Below, piece by piece: positions 19,857 to 29,768 of a DNA stretch of 64,000 nucleotides. The translations under genes were made by a program, and so were the position numbers. The DNA is from an uncultured Acidimicrobiales bacterium (GTDB taxonomy: Bacteria; Actinomycetota; Acidimicrobiia; Acidimicrobiales; SHLQ01). The stretch spans positions 1,630 to 65,629 of the forward strand of contig CAZLWE010000002.1 of NCBI GenBank assembly GCA_964562985.1, read 5' to 3'. The notes below the pieces were generated by a model, which saw only the letters and a list, made by a program, of their open reading frames with translations, searched no databases and was not told the DNA's origin. Each line of letters starts with the position of its first letter. Within the stretch, counting starts at the first letter, position 1.

Positions 19857-20623
19857 GCAGATTCCTTCGCGATCAACATCCGTACCGCCTCCACCCCCAC
19901 GGTCACCGCCGTTGCCGCAGCCTTGCTTGCAACATCTGGATCGGGAATCTCCTCGTCGGAGCGGCTGACGATGACGCCGAGGACGCACCCTGCTCGAAGA
20001 CCCGAGCTTGCGCACATGGTCAACAACGTTGCGGCTTCCATCTCGAAATTGAGCACCCCCATCGACTGCCACTCCTCGGCCGAACCTCGAAACTTTCGTA
20101 CCACTCGCCCAGAGAAGGTGTCGTAGCGTTCCTGTCCCGGGTAGAACGTGTCGGTCGATGCCGATACACCGACATGGACCGATGATCCGCTCGCCTCGGC
20201 GGCCGCAACAAGGGCGTTGGTGCACACGAAGTTGGCGACCGCCGGGAACTCCGTTGGCGCAAAGTGCGTGCTCGCTCCGTCGAGACGGACGGCGCCGGTA
20301 GTGACGATGAGATCTCCAACGTGGACAGTGGGCTGGATACTTCCCGTCGTGCCGATCCGCACGAATGTGCGAACTCCCAGTTGGGCCAGCTCCTCAACAG
20401 CGATCGACGTTGACGGTCCTCCGATGCCCGTCGACGTCACGATCACCGGAACGCCACTGACGTAACCGAGCCACGACGTGAATTCGCGATGTGCAGCGAG
20501 GAACCGCGGCTCATCGAGCAGGCTGGCTATTTTCTCCACTCGCTCTGGATCGCCCGGCACGATGGCGAGGGTCGCTCCCTCCAACATTGGGGCATCGAGT
20601 CGAAGGTGGAACGTGATTGCCAT
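19853..20623 (-). CDS. udp: Uridine phosphorylase (nucleoside phosphorylase family 1)
   Basis: [42 protein letters not shown], about 255 aa. Confidence 0.8.
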   Translation of the reverse strand: MAITFHLRLDAPMLEGATLAIVPGDPERVEKIASLLDEPRFLAAHREFTSWLGYVSGVPVIVTSTGIGGPSTSIAVEELAQLGVRTFVRIGTTGSIQPTVHVGDLIVTTGAVRLDGASTHFAPTEFPAVANFVCTNALVAAAEASGSSVHVGVSASTDTFYPGQERYDTFSGRVVRKFRGSAEEWQSMGVLNFEMEAATLLTMCASSGLRAGCVLGVIVSRSDEEIPDPDVASKAAATAVTVGVEAVRMLIAKESA

Positions 20624-20637
20624 AGGCCAAAGATAGG

Positions 20638-21543
20638 TCAGTTGGCCGCCAGAGTCGTTGTGTAGAGGTCGTCGGCGACCACCACTTCACCCTCATAGCC
20701 GCCGGCTCGAACTTCGTCGACAAAGAGTTGGCGTTCTGCGTCGGTGTGTGGAGCCGGGATCAAATGGGTCAGGACGAGCTTAGGCACGCCGAGCGCCGCG
20801 GCTTGCGCACCGATGAGTGCGGTGTCGGCGTGGTAGTCAGTGACGTAACGACGTTGCTCGGGCAGGGTGTCGAAGTGCGAGAAGCGCATCGCCTCGTAGA
20901 CCAGGATGTCGACGCCTTCGGCCAGTGCAGCTACTTCATTGCACACCCGTGTATCGCCGGAGATCGCAATCGACCCATCCGGCGTGTCGACTCGGTACCC
21001 CACGGCGTTCGGGCATGGTTCATGGCGAACCTGACCTGCGCTCACCACGACATCGCCGTGACGCCATACCCCGGTTGGTTTGTCTGGGATATCGAAGGCG
21101 ATCGAGCGGAGGTTCGGTCGGTTCGTTCGACGCGCGTGTGCGGCACGAACCTCGATATCGCGCTCCCAGCCGTCGAGGAGTGTGTCGACGTACTTCGACG
21201 CGTCCCCGCGCGGGGCAATGACCGGAAGCTCTGGGTTCGCATCGGCACGGTCCATGACCCAGTGCGTGAGCACCACGTCCGCCAGCCCGACCAGGTGGTC
21301 GCTGTGGTGGTGGGTTACAAACACAGCCGTGAGGTCGGGCACCCACACCCCCGCTCCAGCGAGTCGCTGCACCGTGGAGCGACCAGCATCGAATTGCAGC
21401 GTTACGTCGTCGTAGCGCACGAGCGCTCCCGGCCCAGCTCGATGAGGGTCCGGAATAGGTGACCCCGACCCCGTAATCGTTAATGAGGTAGCCACTAGAC
21501 GAGAACTCGGGGGTCTGAACCCAGACGTCCTCCCACAGGACAA
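20638..21543 (-). CDS. MBL-fold metallo-hydrolase (RNase Z-like)
   Basis: [19 protein letters not shown] (HxHxDH) and downstream His/Asp ligands. The start is uncertain. Confidence 0.7.
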   Translation of the reverse strand: MSCGRTSGFRPPSSRLVATSLTITGSGSPIPDPHRAGPGALVRYDDVTLQFDAGRSTVQRLAGAGVWVPDLTAVFVTHHHSDHLVGLADVVLTHWVMDRADANPELPVIAPRGDASKYVDTLLDGWERDIEVRAAHARRTNRPNLRSIAFDIPDKPTGVWRHGDVVVSAGQVRHEPCPNAVGYRVDTPDGSIAISGDTRVCNEVAALAEGVDILVYEAMRFSHFDTLPEQRRYVTDYHADTALIGAQAAALGVPKLVLTHLIPAPHTDAERQLFVDEVRAGGYEGEVVVADDLYTTTLAAN

Positions 21544-21571
21544 GGACGCTCTGACCCCATGAGTTGCGTAC

Positions 21572-22858
21572 TCATTCTTTGACGTAGGGCTGGCCGTCGG
21601 CTGCAGGAACTCGGGACTTTCCGACTAGGCCGGCGACGACGATGATGGTGGCGATGTAGGGGGCCATGAGCAGGAACTCCGATGGGATCGGTGTTTGGAG
21701 GATGGCGAGCTTGCCCTGCAGCGAGTCGGCGAAGCCAAACACGAGGGCAGCGCCGAGGGCGCCGACAGGCATGTAGCGACCGAAGATCATTGCGGCCAAC
21801 CCGATGAAGCCCAGGCCGACGGTGATGTTCTCGTCGAAACGTCCAGCAGAACCGAGCGTAAAGAAGGCCCCGCCGAACCCGGCGATGGCTCCACCGAGCA
21901 TGACATTGCGGTAGCGGATCTTGAAGACATCGATACCGACGGTGTCGGCAGCCCGTGGCTTCTCCCCTACGGACCGGGCGCGGAGGCCCCACCGGGTCCG
22001 GAAGAACGCCCATTGGAAGAAGATCGCAAGCACGATCGCCCCGTACACAAAGATGTTGTTGTTGAACAGGACCGGCCCGATGATCGGGATGTCGCCGAGG
22101 ATCGGGATATCGATCGGGAGGAACCGTTCGCTTGAGTTCAGGTCGGGGTTTGCGGACAAGAGCCGAGACGCCAAGAACGAGGTGAGTCCGAGGGCGAAGA
22201 TATTGATGAACACGCCGATGATGATCTGATCAACGAGGTATTTGATCGCGAGCACCGCAAGCACCCAGCCGAGCACGACGCCCGAAATGACCGCCGCGAG
22301 TAGGCCGATCCATTGGTTCGTGACCGACCCAACGATCACCGCGACAAATGCACCGGTGAGGAGCTGGCCTTCGATAGCGATGTTGATAACGGCGACGCGT
22401 TCGCACAGGATGCCTGCCATACCCCCGAGCGCGATGGGTGCCGCTTGGGTGAGAGTGGCCTGCAACATACCGACCAGGCTGAAGCTTCCGCCGGCTGCGG
22501 CCCAGGTCAAGAACGCGAACACAAAAACCATCAGGGCGCCACCGAGCACGAGGTTGGCCTTGTCGCCGAAGCCTCGAGTGAGTTGCACCGCCCCCAAGAA
22601 CCCGAAGAGCACCGCGACGGCGATGGTCAACGCCCGTGCCGGCACCTCAAGGGGCGACACTTCGATGGCGTCGGTTGGTCGGGACAGTCCGAACGACGCG
22701 ACGTCTCCACCCGCGATGGAGAACGTGAAGGCGAACAACACCAGCGCCGCCAGTCCGATGTACACGAGGCCGAGCACCCGCGCCCGGCGGATCTCTTCGG
22801 GTGTTTGCAGCTTGGCTGGTTTGGAGGTGGAGATTGGGATAGCCGTCATGCGCCCCAC
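21572..22858 (-). CDS. Nucleoside/simple-sugar ABC transporter permease
   Basis: Polytopic membrane protein of the BMP-associated permease type. Overlaps the upstream permease gene. Confidence 0.8.
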   Translation of the reverse strand: MGRMTAIPISTSKPAKLQTPEEIRRARVLGLVYIGLAALVLFAFTFSIAGGDVASFGLSRPTDAIEVSPLEVPARALTIAVAVLFGFLGAVQLTRGFGDKANLVLGGALMVFVFAFLTWAAAGGSFSLVGMLQATLTQAAPIALGGMAGILCERVAVINIAIEGQLLTGAFVAVIVGSVTNQWIGLLAAVISGVVLGWVLAVLAIKYLVDQIIIGVFINIFALGLTSFLASRLLSANPDLNSSERFLPIDIPILGDIPIIGPVLFNNNIFVYGAIVLAIFFQWAFFRTRWGLRARSVGEKPRAADTVGIDVFKIRYRNVMLGGAIAGFGGAFFTLGSAGRFDENITVGLGFIGLAAMIFGRYMPVGALGAALVFGFADSLQGKLAILQTPIPSEFLLMAPYIATIIVVAGLVGKSRVPAADGQPYVKE

Positions 22859-24081
22859 CCCTTGGTGAGCTGTGCTGGTCCTTCGTCTTCACCCTTGATT
22901 CGGTAGAGGCCTCGGATGAGCGCAGGGGCGGCAACGAAGACGATTACGAGTGCCTGGATAATCGAAACCAAGTCGATGGGGATGAACTCGGTTGCCTGCA
23001 TCTCTCGGCCACCTGCCCGCAACGCTCCGAAGAGGATTCCGGCGAGAACGACGCCCACGGGATGCGAGCGGCCGAGCAGGGCGAGCCCGATGGCGTCGAA
23101 GCCAATATTGGCGGAGAAGCCTGGTGTTCCTCGGTGTAGGACGCCTTGAATGGTGTCGGACCCGGCCAAGCCGGCCAGGCCACCGGCGACGGCCATCGCA
23201 GCGACGTAGAGGGTGTTCACTCGCATACCGCCGTATCGGGCGGCGTTGGGGTTGCTGCCGAGAGCTCTGAACTGGAACCCGATGGTGGACTTGAAGAGAA
23301 ACCAGTGCACGAACCAGGCGGCGAGCAACGCGACGATGATCCCTGCGTGCACGCGCAACTGCGGGTCGATGAAGGACAGCAAGCGAGGCAGTTGCGCTCC
23401 GTCGTCGATGGTTTGGCTGAGCGGGTCGTTGCGGTCAGGGACGCCGAACAGGTCGGTCGTGAGAAGCCACAGCACGAGGAACGACGCGATGAAGTTCAAC
23501 ATGATCGTCGTGATCACTTCGTGGGCGCCCGTTCGGGCCTTTAAGTATCCGGCGAAGCCGCCCCAGATCGCACCGCCGAGGGCGCCGCCGACGAGACCGG
23601 CAAGCGCCAGCAGGGGGAATGGGACGCTCGTGAAGGTGATTCCGACAAAGATGGCGAACATCCCGCCGATGAGCACTTGCCCTTCACCGCCGATGTTGAA
23701 CAGGCCAGCCCGAAAGCCAACCGCCACCGACAGCCCAGCCAAGATGACCGGCGATGCAGCCACGAGTGTTTCCGAAACCGCTCGGACCGAACCGAACGAG
23801 CCTCGGAACAGCGCACTATAGGCACGGCTGATCTGATCCCATGATGCGCTGAACCACTCAGCCGAACCGAACAAGTCCCACAGTTCGGGATCGGTCAGGA
23901 TCAATACCAGCGCTCCGGCTACCAACGCCGTGAAGACCGCCAGAAACGGGATCACTACGGCTTGCACCAGGGTGCTATTCGTCCCCGCAACATCGGCCAG
24001 CAGCGCATGGGTGTTGTCGACCGGCCCGTCACCGGCTGACGATGAGTCTTGCTCGGTGCGGTCGTCGTCTTGCACGCTCAC
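22846..24081 (-). CDS. Nucleoside/simple-sugar ABC transporter permease
   Basis: Polytopic membrane protein. 4-nt overlap with the ATPase gene. Confidence 0.8.
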   Translation of the reverse strand: MSVQDDDRTEQDSSSAGDGPVDNTHALLADVAGTNSTLVQAVVIPFLAVFTALVAGALVLILTDPELWDLFGSAEWFSASWDQISRAYSALFRGSFGSVRAVSETLVAASPVILAGLSVAVGFRAGLFNIGGEGQVLIGGMFAIFVGITFTSVPFPLLALAGLVGGALGGAIWGGFAGYLKARTGAHEVITTIMLNFIASFLVLWLLTTDLFGVPDRNDPLSQTIDDGAQLPRLLSFIDPQLRVHAGIIVALLAAWFVHWFLFKSTIGFQFRALGSNPNAARYGGMRVNTLYVAAMAVAGGLAGLAGSDTIQGVLHRGTPGFSANIGFDAIGLALLGRSHPVGVVLAGILFGALRAGGREMQATEFIPIDLVSIIQALVIVFVAAPALIRGLYRIKGEDEGPAQLTKGWGA

Positions 24082-25625
24082 GACACAGCCTCCTCTGCCT
24101 CTTGGGTACTCGGCACAACGTCGGGGCTACTACCGGCCATGTAGAGGCCAAGTTCGGTGGCGTCGGTCGCATCGCGATCGAGCACGGCCACGACACGGCC
24201 GTCGAACATCACCGCAATACGGTCTGACAGGGCGAGCACCTCGTCGAGCTCGGTCGACACGAGCAATACCGCTGAACCGCTGTCTCGCTTCTCGATCAGT
24301 TGACTGTGGATGTACTCGATGCTGCCCACATCGACGCCGCGGGTGGGTTGGGACGCAACGATTAAGTCGAGGTCGCGACTGAACTCGCGGGCCACGATCA
24401 CTTTTTGCTGGTTGCCGCCCGAGAGGTTCGAGGCAGGTACCTCGATGCCGGGGGTTCGAACGTCGTAGTGCTCGACGAGTTTCTCGGCGGTCGATTCGAC
24501 CTTGTCCCATTTCATATTCAATCCCGACGAGAACTCATCGGTGTAGTAGCTATCGAGCACCATGTTCTCGGCGACGGTGAAATCGAGTACGAGGCCCATC
24601 ACCTGCCGATCTTCGGGGATGTGGGCGACCCCGAGTTGGTGGATCTCGCGAGGCCCGGCGGCGGTGGTGTCGGTACCGCTGATCGTGACCGATCCGCTTA
24701 GCGCTGTGCGCAGCCCCGTGATCGCTTCTACAAGTTCGCTTTGGCCGTTGCCTTGAACACCAGCAATGCCAACAACTTCGCCACGGCGAACCTCAAAGCT
24801 GGCATCGGTGACCGCAGCCTGACCGCGGTCATCGGCCACGACCAAGTCGGTTACCGAGAGGATCGTGTCGCCGGCGTTGGCGTCTACCTTGTCGATCTCG
24901 AGCTCTACGGGACGACCGACCATGAGCTCGGCCAGCGACTCGGGGGTAGCGGTCGACGGATCAGCGGAGCCAACGACCTTGCCCCGACGGAGGACCGAAA
25001 TACGATCCGCGATCTCGATCACCTCGTTGAGTTTGTGGGTGATGAAGATGATCCCCTTGCCGTCAGCGCGCAGCTCACGAAGAATCGCGAACAGCTCGTC
25101 AACCTCTTGAGGGGTGAGCACAGCGGTGGGCTCGTCGAGAACGAGAAACTGTGCGTCCCGAAAGAGCACCTTGATGATCTCGACCCGTTGCTGAATACCA
25201 ACCGGAAGGTCCTCGATGATGGCATCGGGATCGACCGACAAGCCGTACTGTTCCGAGATCTCCCGTAGGCGCTTCTTGCCCTGGCGAAGATTCAAAACGC
25301 CGAACCCTTTGGTTGGCTCGTCGCCCAGAACGACGTTCTCGACAACACTGAACACGGGCACGAGCTGAAAGTGCTGATGCACCATTCCGATACCGGCAGC
25401 GATGGCGTCAGACGGCGAATCGAAGTCTTGCACCTGCCCATCGATCGCAATGTCGCCCTCGTCGGCTCCATAGAGCCCGTAGAGGACGTTCATCAACGTG
25501 GATTTTCCCGCGCCGTTCTCACCGAGCAGCGCGTGGATCTCGCCGGCGGCCACATCGAGACTGACCGAATCGTTCGCGACTACTCCAGGGAATCGCTTCG
25601 TAATTCCACGAAGCTCTAGGCGCAT
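24078..25625 (-). CDS. ABC transporter ATP-binding protein with duplicated ATPase
   Basis: Two nucleotide-binding domains: GENGAGKST plus LSVG/LSGGNQQK signatures and DEPT Walker B motifs. Confidence 0.9.
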   Translation of the reverse strand: MRLELRGITKRFPGVVANDSVSLDVAAGEIHALLGENGAGKSTLMNVLYGLYGADEGDIAIDGQVQDFDSPSDAIAAGIGMVHQHFQLVPVFSVVENVVLGDEPTKGFGVLNLRQGKKRLREISEQYGLSVDPDAIIEDLPVGIQQRVEIIKVLFRDAQFLVLDEPTAVLTPQEVDELFAILRELRADGKGIIFITHKLNEVIEIADRISVLRRGKVVGSADPSTATPESLAELMVGRPVELEIDKVDANAGDTILSVTDLVVADDRGQAAVTDASFEVRRGEVVGIAGVQGNGQSELVEAITGLRTALSGSVTISGTDTTAAGPREIHQLGVAHIPEDRQVMGLVLDFTVAENMVLDSYYTDEFSSGLNMKWDKVESTAEKLVEHYDVRTPGIEVPASNLSGGNQQKVIVAREFSRDLDLIVASQPTRGVDVGSIEYIHSQLIEKRDSGSAVLLVSTELDEVLALSDRIAVMFDGRVVAVLDRDATDATELGLYMAGSSPDVVPSTQEAEEAVS

Positions 25626-25754
25626 GAGATACGCCCTGCCCGGGAGTGCAGGATCGGCTTAGCAAAACGTTCAGCTCTAGTCACAGCGTATGTTGCCGCG
25701 GATATCCGACGCTGTCGACTCGGCCAATGCACAACGACCCAAATCGTTTTCGCA

Positions 25755-25801
25755 TGACACAAAACGACAACGGGGTGCCCCGGCGAACCGGAACACCCCG
25801 T
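25755..25801 (-). terminator. Candidate intrinsic terminator/attenuator between the binding-protein gene and the ATPase gene
   Basis: Minus strand: ACGGGGTG..CACCCCGT 8-bp stem (25770-25777 / 25794-25801), followed by TTGTCGTTTTGTG. Confidence 0.45.
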
Positions 25802-25837
25802 TGCGATGACAACATCTATGTCGTTCAGATGAGCCGA

Positions 25838-27025
25838 TCAGCCGGTTCGGGTGGCGATCGATCCGTCGATGATTCCAGCGCTGATGGTCTCAAGGGCCTC
25901 GTCGAGGCCAGTGCCCTCGTTCCAAGCGTTGGTTACCGGGGCAACACCCACACCGCCCGACTCGAGAGTCGAAAGGAGCACAGGACCCGTGGTGCCATCG
26001 TTCACTGCGGTCGCAGCGTCAAGAACAGCAACATCGATGTTCTTAAGGATCGAGGTGAGGATCACATCGTCAAACTCTGCAGCGGTCTGGGTCCAGTCGG
26101 CGTCAACACCGATCAGACGAAGGCCACGCTCCTGGACAAGAGCAGCCGAGCCCAAACCAACAGGTCCAGCGACAGGAAGAATGATGTCGGCGCCCTCATC
26201 AGCAAGGTTCTCCGCGAAGGCACGGCCATCTTCGAGCGAGTCGAAGTTACCGGTGAACAAACCGTCCTGGGCATCGATGTCCCAACCAAGCACGGTCACA
26301 TCGGTGCCGTTTGAAGCGTTGAAATAGGCGACGCCCTGGGCGAAGCCTTCCATGAAGTCCGTTACCGGCGGAATTGGGATACCGCCGAAGGTGCCGACAA
26401 CGCCGGTCTGGGTTTGGTCAGCAGCAATAACACCAGCAAGGAACGCAGCCTGGTCGATCTGGAACAAGAGACCCTGGACGTTGTCGATCGCTGGGTCATA
26501 CGCGAAGTCAACAATCGCGTAGTTCTGATCGGGGTTGGCCTCAGCCGAAGCTTGGGTTGCGTCGCCCAACAAGAAACCGACGGTAACGATCAGGTTGCAA
26601 TCGCCCTGATCAACAAACGATGCGATGTTCGGATCGAAGTCGGTCGCCGAAACAGACTCGACCACACGCGCTTCCCAACCGAACTCTGCTTCGGCCTGCT
26701 GCGCGCCTTCATAGGCAAGCTGGTTGAAACTGCGATCATCAACACCACCGGTGTCGGTCACTTCACAGATCGCACCGTTGCCGCCAGCATCAGCAGCCGG
26801 AGCTTCTTCGTCATCTTCCATGGCTTCTTCGTCATCTTCCATGGCTTCTTCGTCATCTTCCATGGCTTCGTCGTCGTCGTCGCCGTCGACGGCGTCCTCG
26901 ACAACCTCGGCAGCGTCATCAACGACGTCCGTGGCAGTGTCGGCAACGTCGCTTCCGCAAGCGGCCGCAAACAATGCGAGCGCCGCAAGAAGTGCGAGCA
27001 ACCGCGATGTAGTGCGCAGCTTCAT
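25838..27025 (-). CDS. BMP-family (PnrA/Med-like) ABC substrate-binding lipoprotein
   Basis: Lipobox LFAAAC, an acidic linker, then a BMP-type fold (GGVDDRSFNQLAYEG..). First gene of the transporter operon. Confidence 0.85.
   Translation of the reverse strand: MKLRTTSRLLALLAALALFAAACGSDVADTATDVVDDAAEVVEDAVDGDDDDEAMEDDEEAMEDDEEAMEDDEEAPAADAGGNGAICEVTDTGGVDDRSFNQLAYEGAQQAEAEFGWEARVVESVSATDFDPNIASFVDQGDCNLIVTVGFLLGDATQASAEANPDQNYAIVDFAYDPAIDNVQGLLFQIDQAAFLAGVIAADQTQTGVVGTFGGIPIPPVTDFMEGFAQGVAYFNASNGTDVTVLGWDIDAQDGLFTGNFDSLEDGRAFAENLADEGADIILPVAGPVGLGSAALVQERGLRLIGVDADWTQTAAEFDDVILTSILKNIDVAVLDAATAVNDGTTGPVLLSTLESGGVGVAPVTNAWNEGTGLDEALETISAGIIDGSIATRTG
26802..26872. repeat. 21-bp in-frame tandem repeat (3 full copies plus a partial)
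   Basis: gcttcttcgtcatcttccatg occurs three times (26802-26864), plus a partial copy. It encodes (EAMEDDE)n in the lipoprotein linker. Confidence 0.9.
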
Positions 27026-27196
27026 TTCTTCCTCCTGGTTCGTCAGCCACCGAATTCTCCGACGGCAGCGGCCACCCCTCCAAGGGCGCCGTGTAACTGA
27101 TCGGCAGCCTATAGCGCGCGATCGGGCGCGCGCCCGCGGTTTACACAGATGACATGTTTTGGCTCAGGCAACACCCGGTGCCCAAAAGAGGGAGCG

Positions 27197-27239
27197 CCCC
27201 GTTCCTAGTAGTACGGCGGGATGACGACTAGGAACGGGG
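27197..27239 (-). terminator. Candidate intrinsic terminator downstream of gene 27342-27821
   Basis: 13-bp perfect inverted repeat CCCCGTTCCTAGT / ACTAGGAACGGGG with a 17-nt loop. On the minus strand it is followed by CGCTCCCTCTTTTGGG. Confidence 0.4.
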
Positions 27240-27341
27240 CTTAGATGAATGATCGGTGTTCAAGAGATTGGCGTGAGTGCCTATCTCAAGAACTAGCTGC
27301 GCTGCTAGTCCGAGAGTCTAGAGACGTGACAGCGTGACTAA

Positions 27342-27821
27342 TCAGGCCGCTATGCGGCGTTCTTCGATTGCGCTGATCAGGTCTACTGCGACCGTGTCGA
27401 GGCGGCTGCCAAAGGGAGGAGCGACACCGACGTGGGTCTTCTTTCCGCTGGCGTCAGTGAGCACCAGAATCCGGGCAGGCGGCTGGTGATTTCGGTCGAG
27501 CTTCGACAGAAGACCATGGACGATGTAGCGGTTGAACCACCAGCGTCCACGTGTCCTTTGGGCATCGATGCTGACGCTGTGCAGATCGAACTCGACACGC
27601 TGATCGAGATTCACCACGATGACCTTGTCATCGGTGACAGCCACTCGCATTCGAGCGACTCGAGCAAACAACTTCCATGCGAAGTAGAGGCCGAACCCGA
27701 CGAGAAGTATGCCGCGAACTAAGGAAACCGTGGAAGCTACCCCACCGAAGATCGCAACTACGGCTGCGCCTAAAATGATGGCGGGAACTATGGAAATTTG
27801 GGCAATAGTGGTTTCCTTCAT
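27342..27821 (-). CDS. Small membrane protein with a PH-like (bPH-type) C-terminal domain
   Basis: Start set at MKETTIAQ.. (ATG 27821). Two TM helices, then RVAVTDDKVIVVNLDQRVEFDLHSV. The longer ORF upstream runs through an intergenic tandem repeat. Confidence 0.55.
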   Translation of the reverse strand: MKETTIAQISIVPAIILGAAVVAIFGGVASTVSLVRGILLVGFGLYFAWKLFARVARMRVAVTDDKVIVVNLDQRVEFDLHSVSIDAQRTRGRWWFNRYIVHGLLSKLDRNHQPPARILVLTDASGKKTHVGVAPPFGSRLDTVAVDLISAIEERRIAA

Positions 27822-27956
27822 GGGGGTACTTCTTCTTTCTGCATCCTTTGCGGTTGTGGGTATGGCGTGGAAAGCAGAAAAAGGCCCCAAGAAGTTCCTA
27901 GTCCCCCGCTTGTTAAGCAGAACGTTCGCGCAAAGCGCTAGGCGTGGCGCCCCAAT

Positions 27957-28050
27957 CCGCAGAGCCCACCGAGCGAAGCGAATGGGCGATTGCGGCGAAT
28001 GATCCGCAGAGCCCACCGAGCGAAGCGAATGGGCGATTGCGGCGAATGAT
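27957..28050. repeat. Perfect 47-bp tandem duplication in intergenic DNA
   Basis: ccgcagagcccaccgagcgaagcgaatgggcgattgcggcgaatgat at 27957-28003 is repeated exactly at 28004-28050. Confidence 0.95.
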
Positions 28051-28070
28051 TGTGCGTGAACCCCGTGCCG

Positions 28071-28093
28071 CCAAAATTGCGCACGAACGCGCA
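28071..28093 (-). terminator. Weak candidate intrinsic terminator after the L,D-transpeptidase gene
   Basis: Minus strand: TGCGC-GTTCGT-GCGCA hairpin followed by ATTTTGG. Confidence 0.3.
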
Positions 28094-28122
28094 GGGTTCG
28101 CTGTCGCTGGCGGCTAAGGGCT

Positions 28123-28965
28123 TCACGCCACGAAGTCGACGGGGGTGCCTAGCGGTACGTGCTCGGCGAGGAAGCGCAGCACGGACGGCGGGATGCGGAC
28201 GCAGCCGTTGGAACCGACGTTGTGATCGGACTCTTGGCCTTCGGAGAAGGTGCGGTGGATTGCGATCACGGGCAGCCCACCATCGAAGGTGTCGAGCGCT
28301 TCAGAGAATGAAGAAAGGACGAGGGCCGGTTCACCGAAGTAGTCGTCGACGGCGGCAGCAACATAGAAGCTTCCAAATGGTGTGGGGCTGTTCGCTCCAC
28401 CCACGACAGCGTCGGTTTCTGCGATGACTTCGCCGTTCTCCCACACGGTTACCCGTTGGGAAGTGAGATTGACTTCAGCACGTACGAACACCGGGCTGAT
28501 GTCGTAGTCCTCGGTAGACACCCAGGCTTCCTGGCCGTTCGGTCGAATCGGTAGCTGAACCTTTACCCATTCGTCGCCAGGCTGGCCCTCGGTGACCATA
28601 AGGGTCAATGGAGTGCCAAATTGATGCGGATTCGGTTGCAACCACGGCATGGCAAACGGGGCGCCGTCAGGTTCGATTCGAGGTGCCAAGGACGCCACGT
28701 GATCTCGAGCCGTCGCAATCCAGGTACGGGTCGGGTCTGGGGCGAAGGTCGACGTGGTAGTCGTTGGCGCTGCCGTCGTGGTCGTGGTGGGCGCTGCCGT
28801 CGTTGTGGTCGTCGCTGGCGCCACGGTGGTAGTCGTCGCTGGGTCGTCGGCGAGGGCAAGGGACTCAGAGGCGGTCGTCGCCTCGCTCCCACATGCACTA
28901 GCGATCACCGCGATAGTTACGAGGAACGCAACGAGACGACGGGTCATATGAGAACTATCGGCCAA
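28123..28965 (-). CDS. L,D-transpeptidase (YkuD domain) lipoprotein
   Basis: Lipobox IASAC, a Thr/Pro/Ala-rich linker, and the C-terminal catalytic motif H..GSNGCVRIP. Confidence 0.8.
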   Translation of the reverse strand: MADSSHMTRRLVAFLVTIAVIASACGSEATTASESLALADDPATTTTVAPATTTTTAAPTTTTTAAPTTTTSTFAPDPTRTWIATARDHVASLAPRIEPDGAPFAMPWLQPNPHQFGTPLTLMVTEGQPGDEWVKVQLPIRPNGQEAWVSTEDYDISPVFVRAEVNLTSQRVTVWENGEVIAETDAVVGGANSPTPFGSFYVAAAVDDYFGEPALVLSSFSEALDTFDGGLPVIAIHRTFSEGQESDHNVGSNGCVRIPPSVLRFLAEHVPLGTPVDFVA

Positions 28966-29087
28966 TGAAACCCGAAATCCAGATAAGTCGGAAGCCCCTT
29001 AAGCCTGGGTATTCCGGCCGTCTACCCACCCCCCGCAGAACGACAACCAGAGCAACACATGGCACGAATCGGCTCCGCTGAGGCGCC

Positions 29088-29768
29088 CTACTTGCCGGGC
29101 TTGATCAACCCATTCTCGTAAGCGAACACGACCGCTTGCACACGGTCTCGAAGACCGAGCTTGCTCAACACATGTGAAACGTGCGTCTTGACCGTAGCTT
29201 CGCCGACAAAGAGCTCTTCAGCTATCTCTGCATTGCTCAGCCCGCGCGCCACCTGCTCGAGCACTTCGCGCTCGCGGCCGGTTAGCTCGTCTAGCCGCTC
29301 CGAGCGAGCGACGCCGGGGCCGGCTTGGGTGAAGCGTCCGATGACGCGCCCGGTCACGGATGGGTCGAGGAGCGAATTTCCCGAGGCGACGACTCGAACG
29401 GCGTCGACGAGGTCCTCAGGCGGTGCCGTTTTGAGCAAGAATCCGCTCGCTCCCGCACGAAGGGCATCAAAGATGTAGTCGTCACGCTCAAAGGTGGTCA
29501 CGATCAGCACTCGGACATCGACGCCCTCGAGTTCGCTCAGTTGTGCCGTCGCTGCAATTCCGTACATGTCGGGCATCTGCACGTCCATCAACACAACGTC
29601 GGGGGCCAACTCTCGGACACGTTCGATCGCTTCTGCACCGGTCTCGGCCTCTCCTACCACCTCGAGGTCGGGCTGGTTGTCGATCAGCAGCTTGAACCCG
29701 GCCCGAATCATCGCCTGATCGTCAGCCAACAGCACGCGGATTGTTGTTTCGTCACCGGAATCGGTCAT
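29088..29768 (-). CDS. NarL/LuxR-family response regulator
   Basis: ATG at 29768 lies 7 nt after GGAGG. REC domain ([20 protein letters not shown]) and a LuxR HTH ([36 protein letters not shown]). Confidence 0.85.
   Translation of the reverse strand: MTDSGDETTIRVLLADDQAMIRAGFKLLIDNQPDLEVVGEAETGAEAIERVRELAPDVVLMDVQMPDMYGIAATAQLSELEGVDVRVLIVTTFERDDYIFDALRAGASGFLLKTAPPEDLVDAVRVVASGNSLLDPSVTGRVIGRFTQAGPGVARSERLDELTGREREVLEQVARGLSNAEIAEELFVGEATVKTHVSHVLSKLGLRDRVQAVVFAYENGLIKPGK

Noticed and set aside
27123-27136. 14-bp perfect GC palindrome (CGGGCGCGCGCCCG) in the 5' leader of the nucleoside-binding-protein gene, considered as a riboswitch or operator.
   Set aside because: No known riboswitch core is recognisable around it. 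Short GC palindromes arise easily in high-G+C DNA. It is kept only as a note.
26802-28050. Tandem repeats (21-bp x3 and 47-bp x2) considered as possible CRISPR arrays.
   Set aside because: There are no spacers between the copies. One repeat is in frame inside a CDS and the other has only two abutting copies. No cas genes are present in the window.
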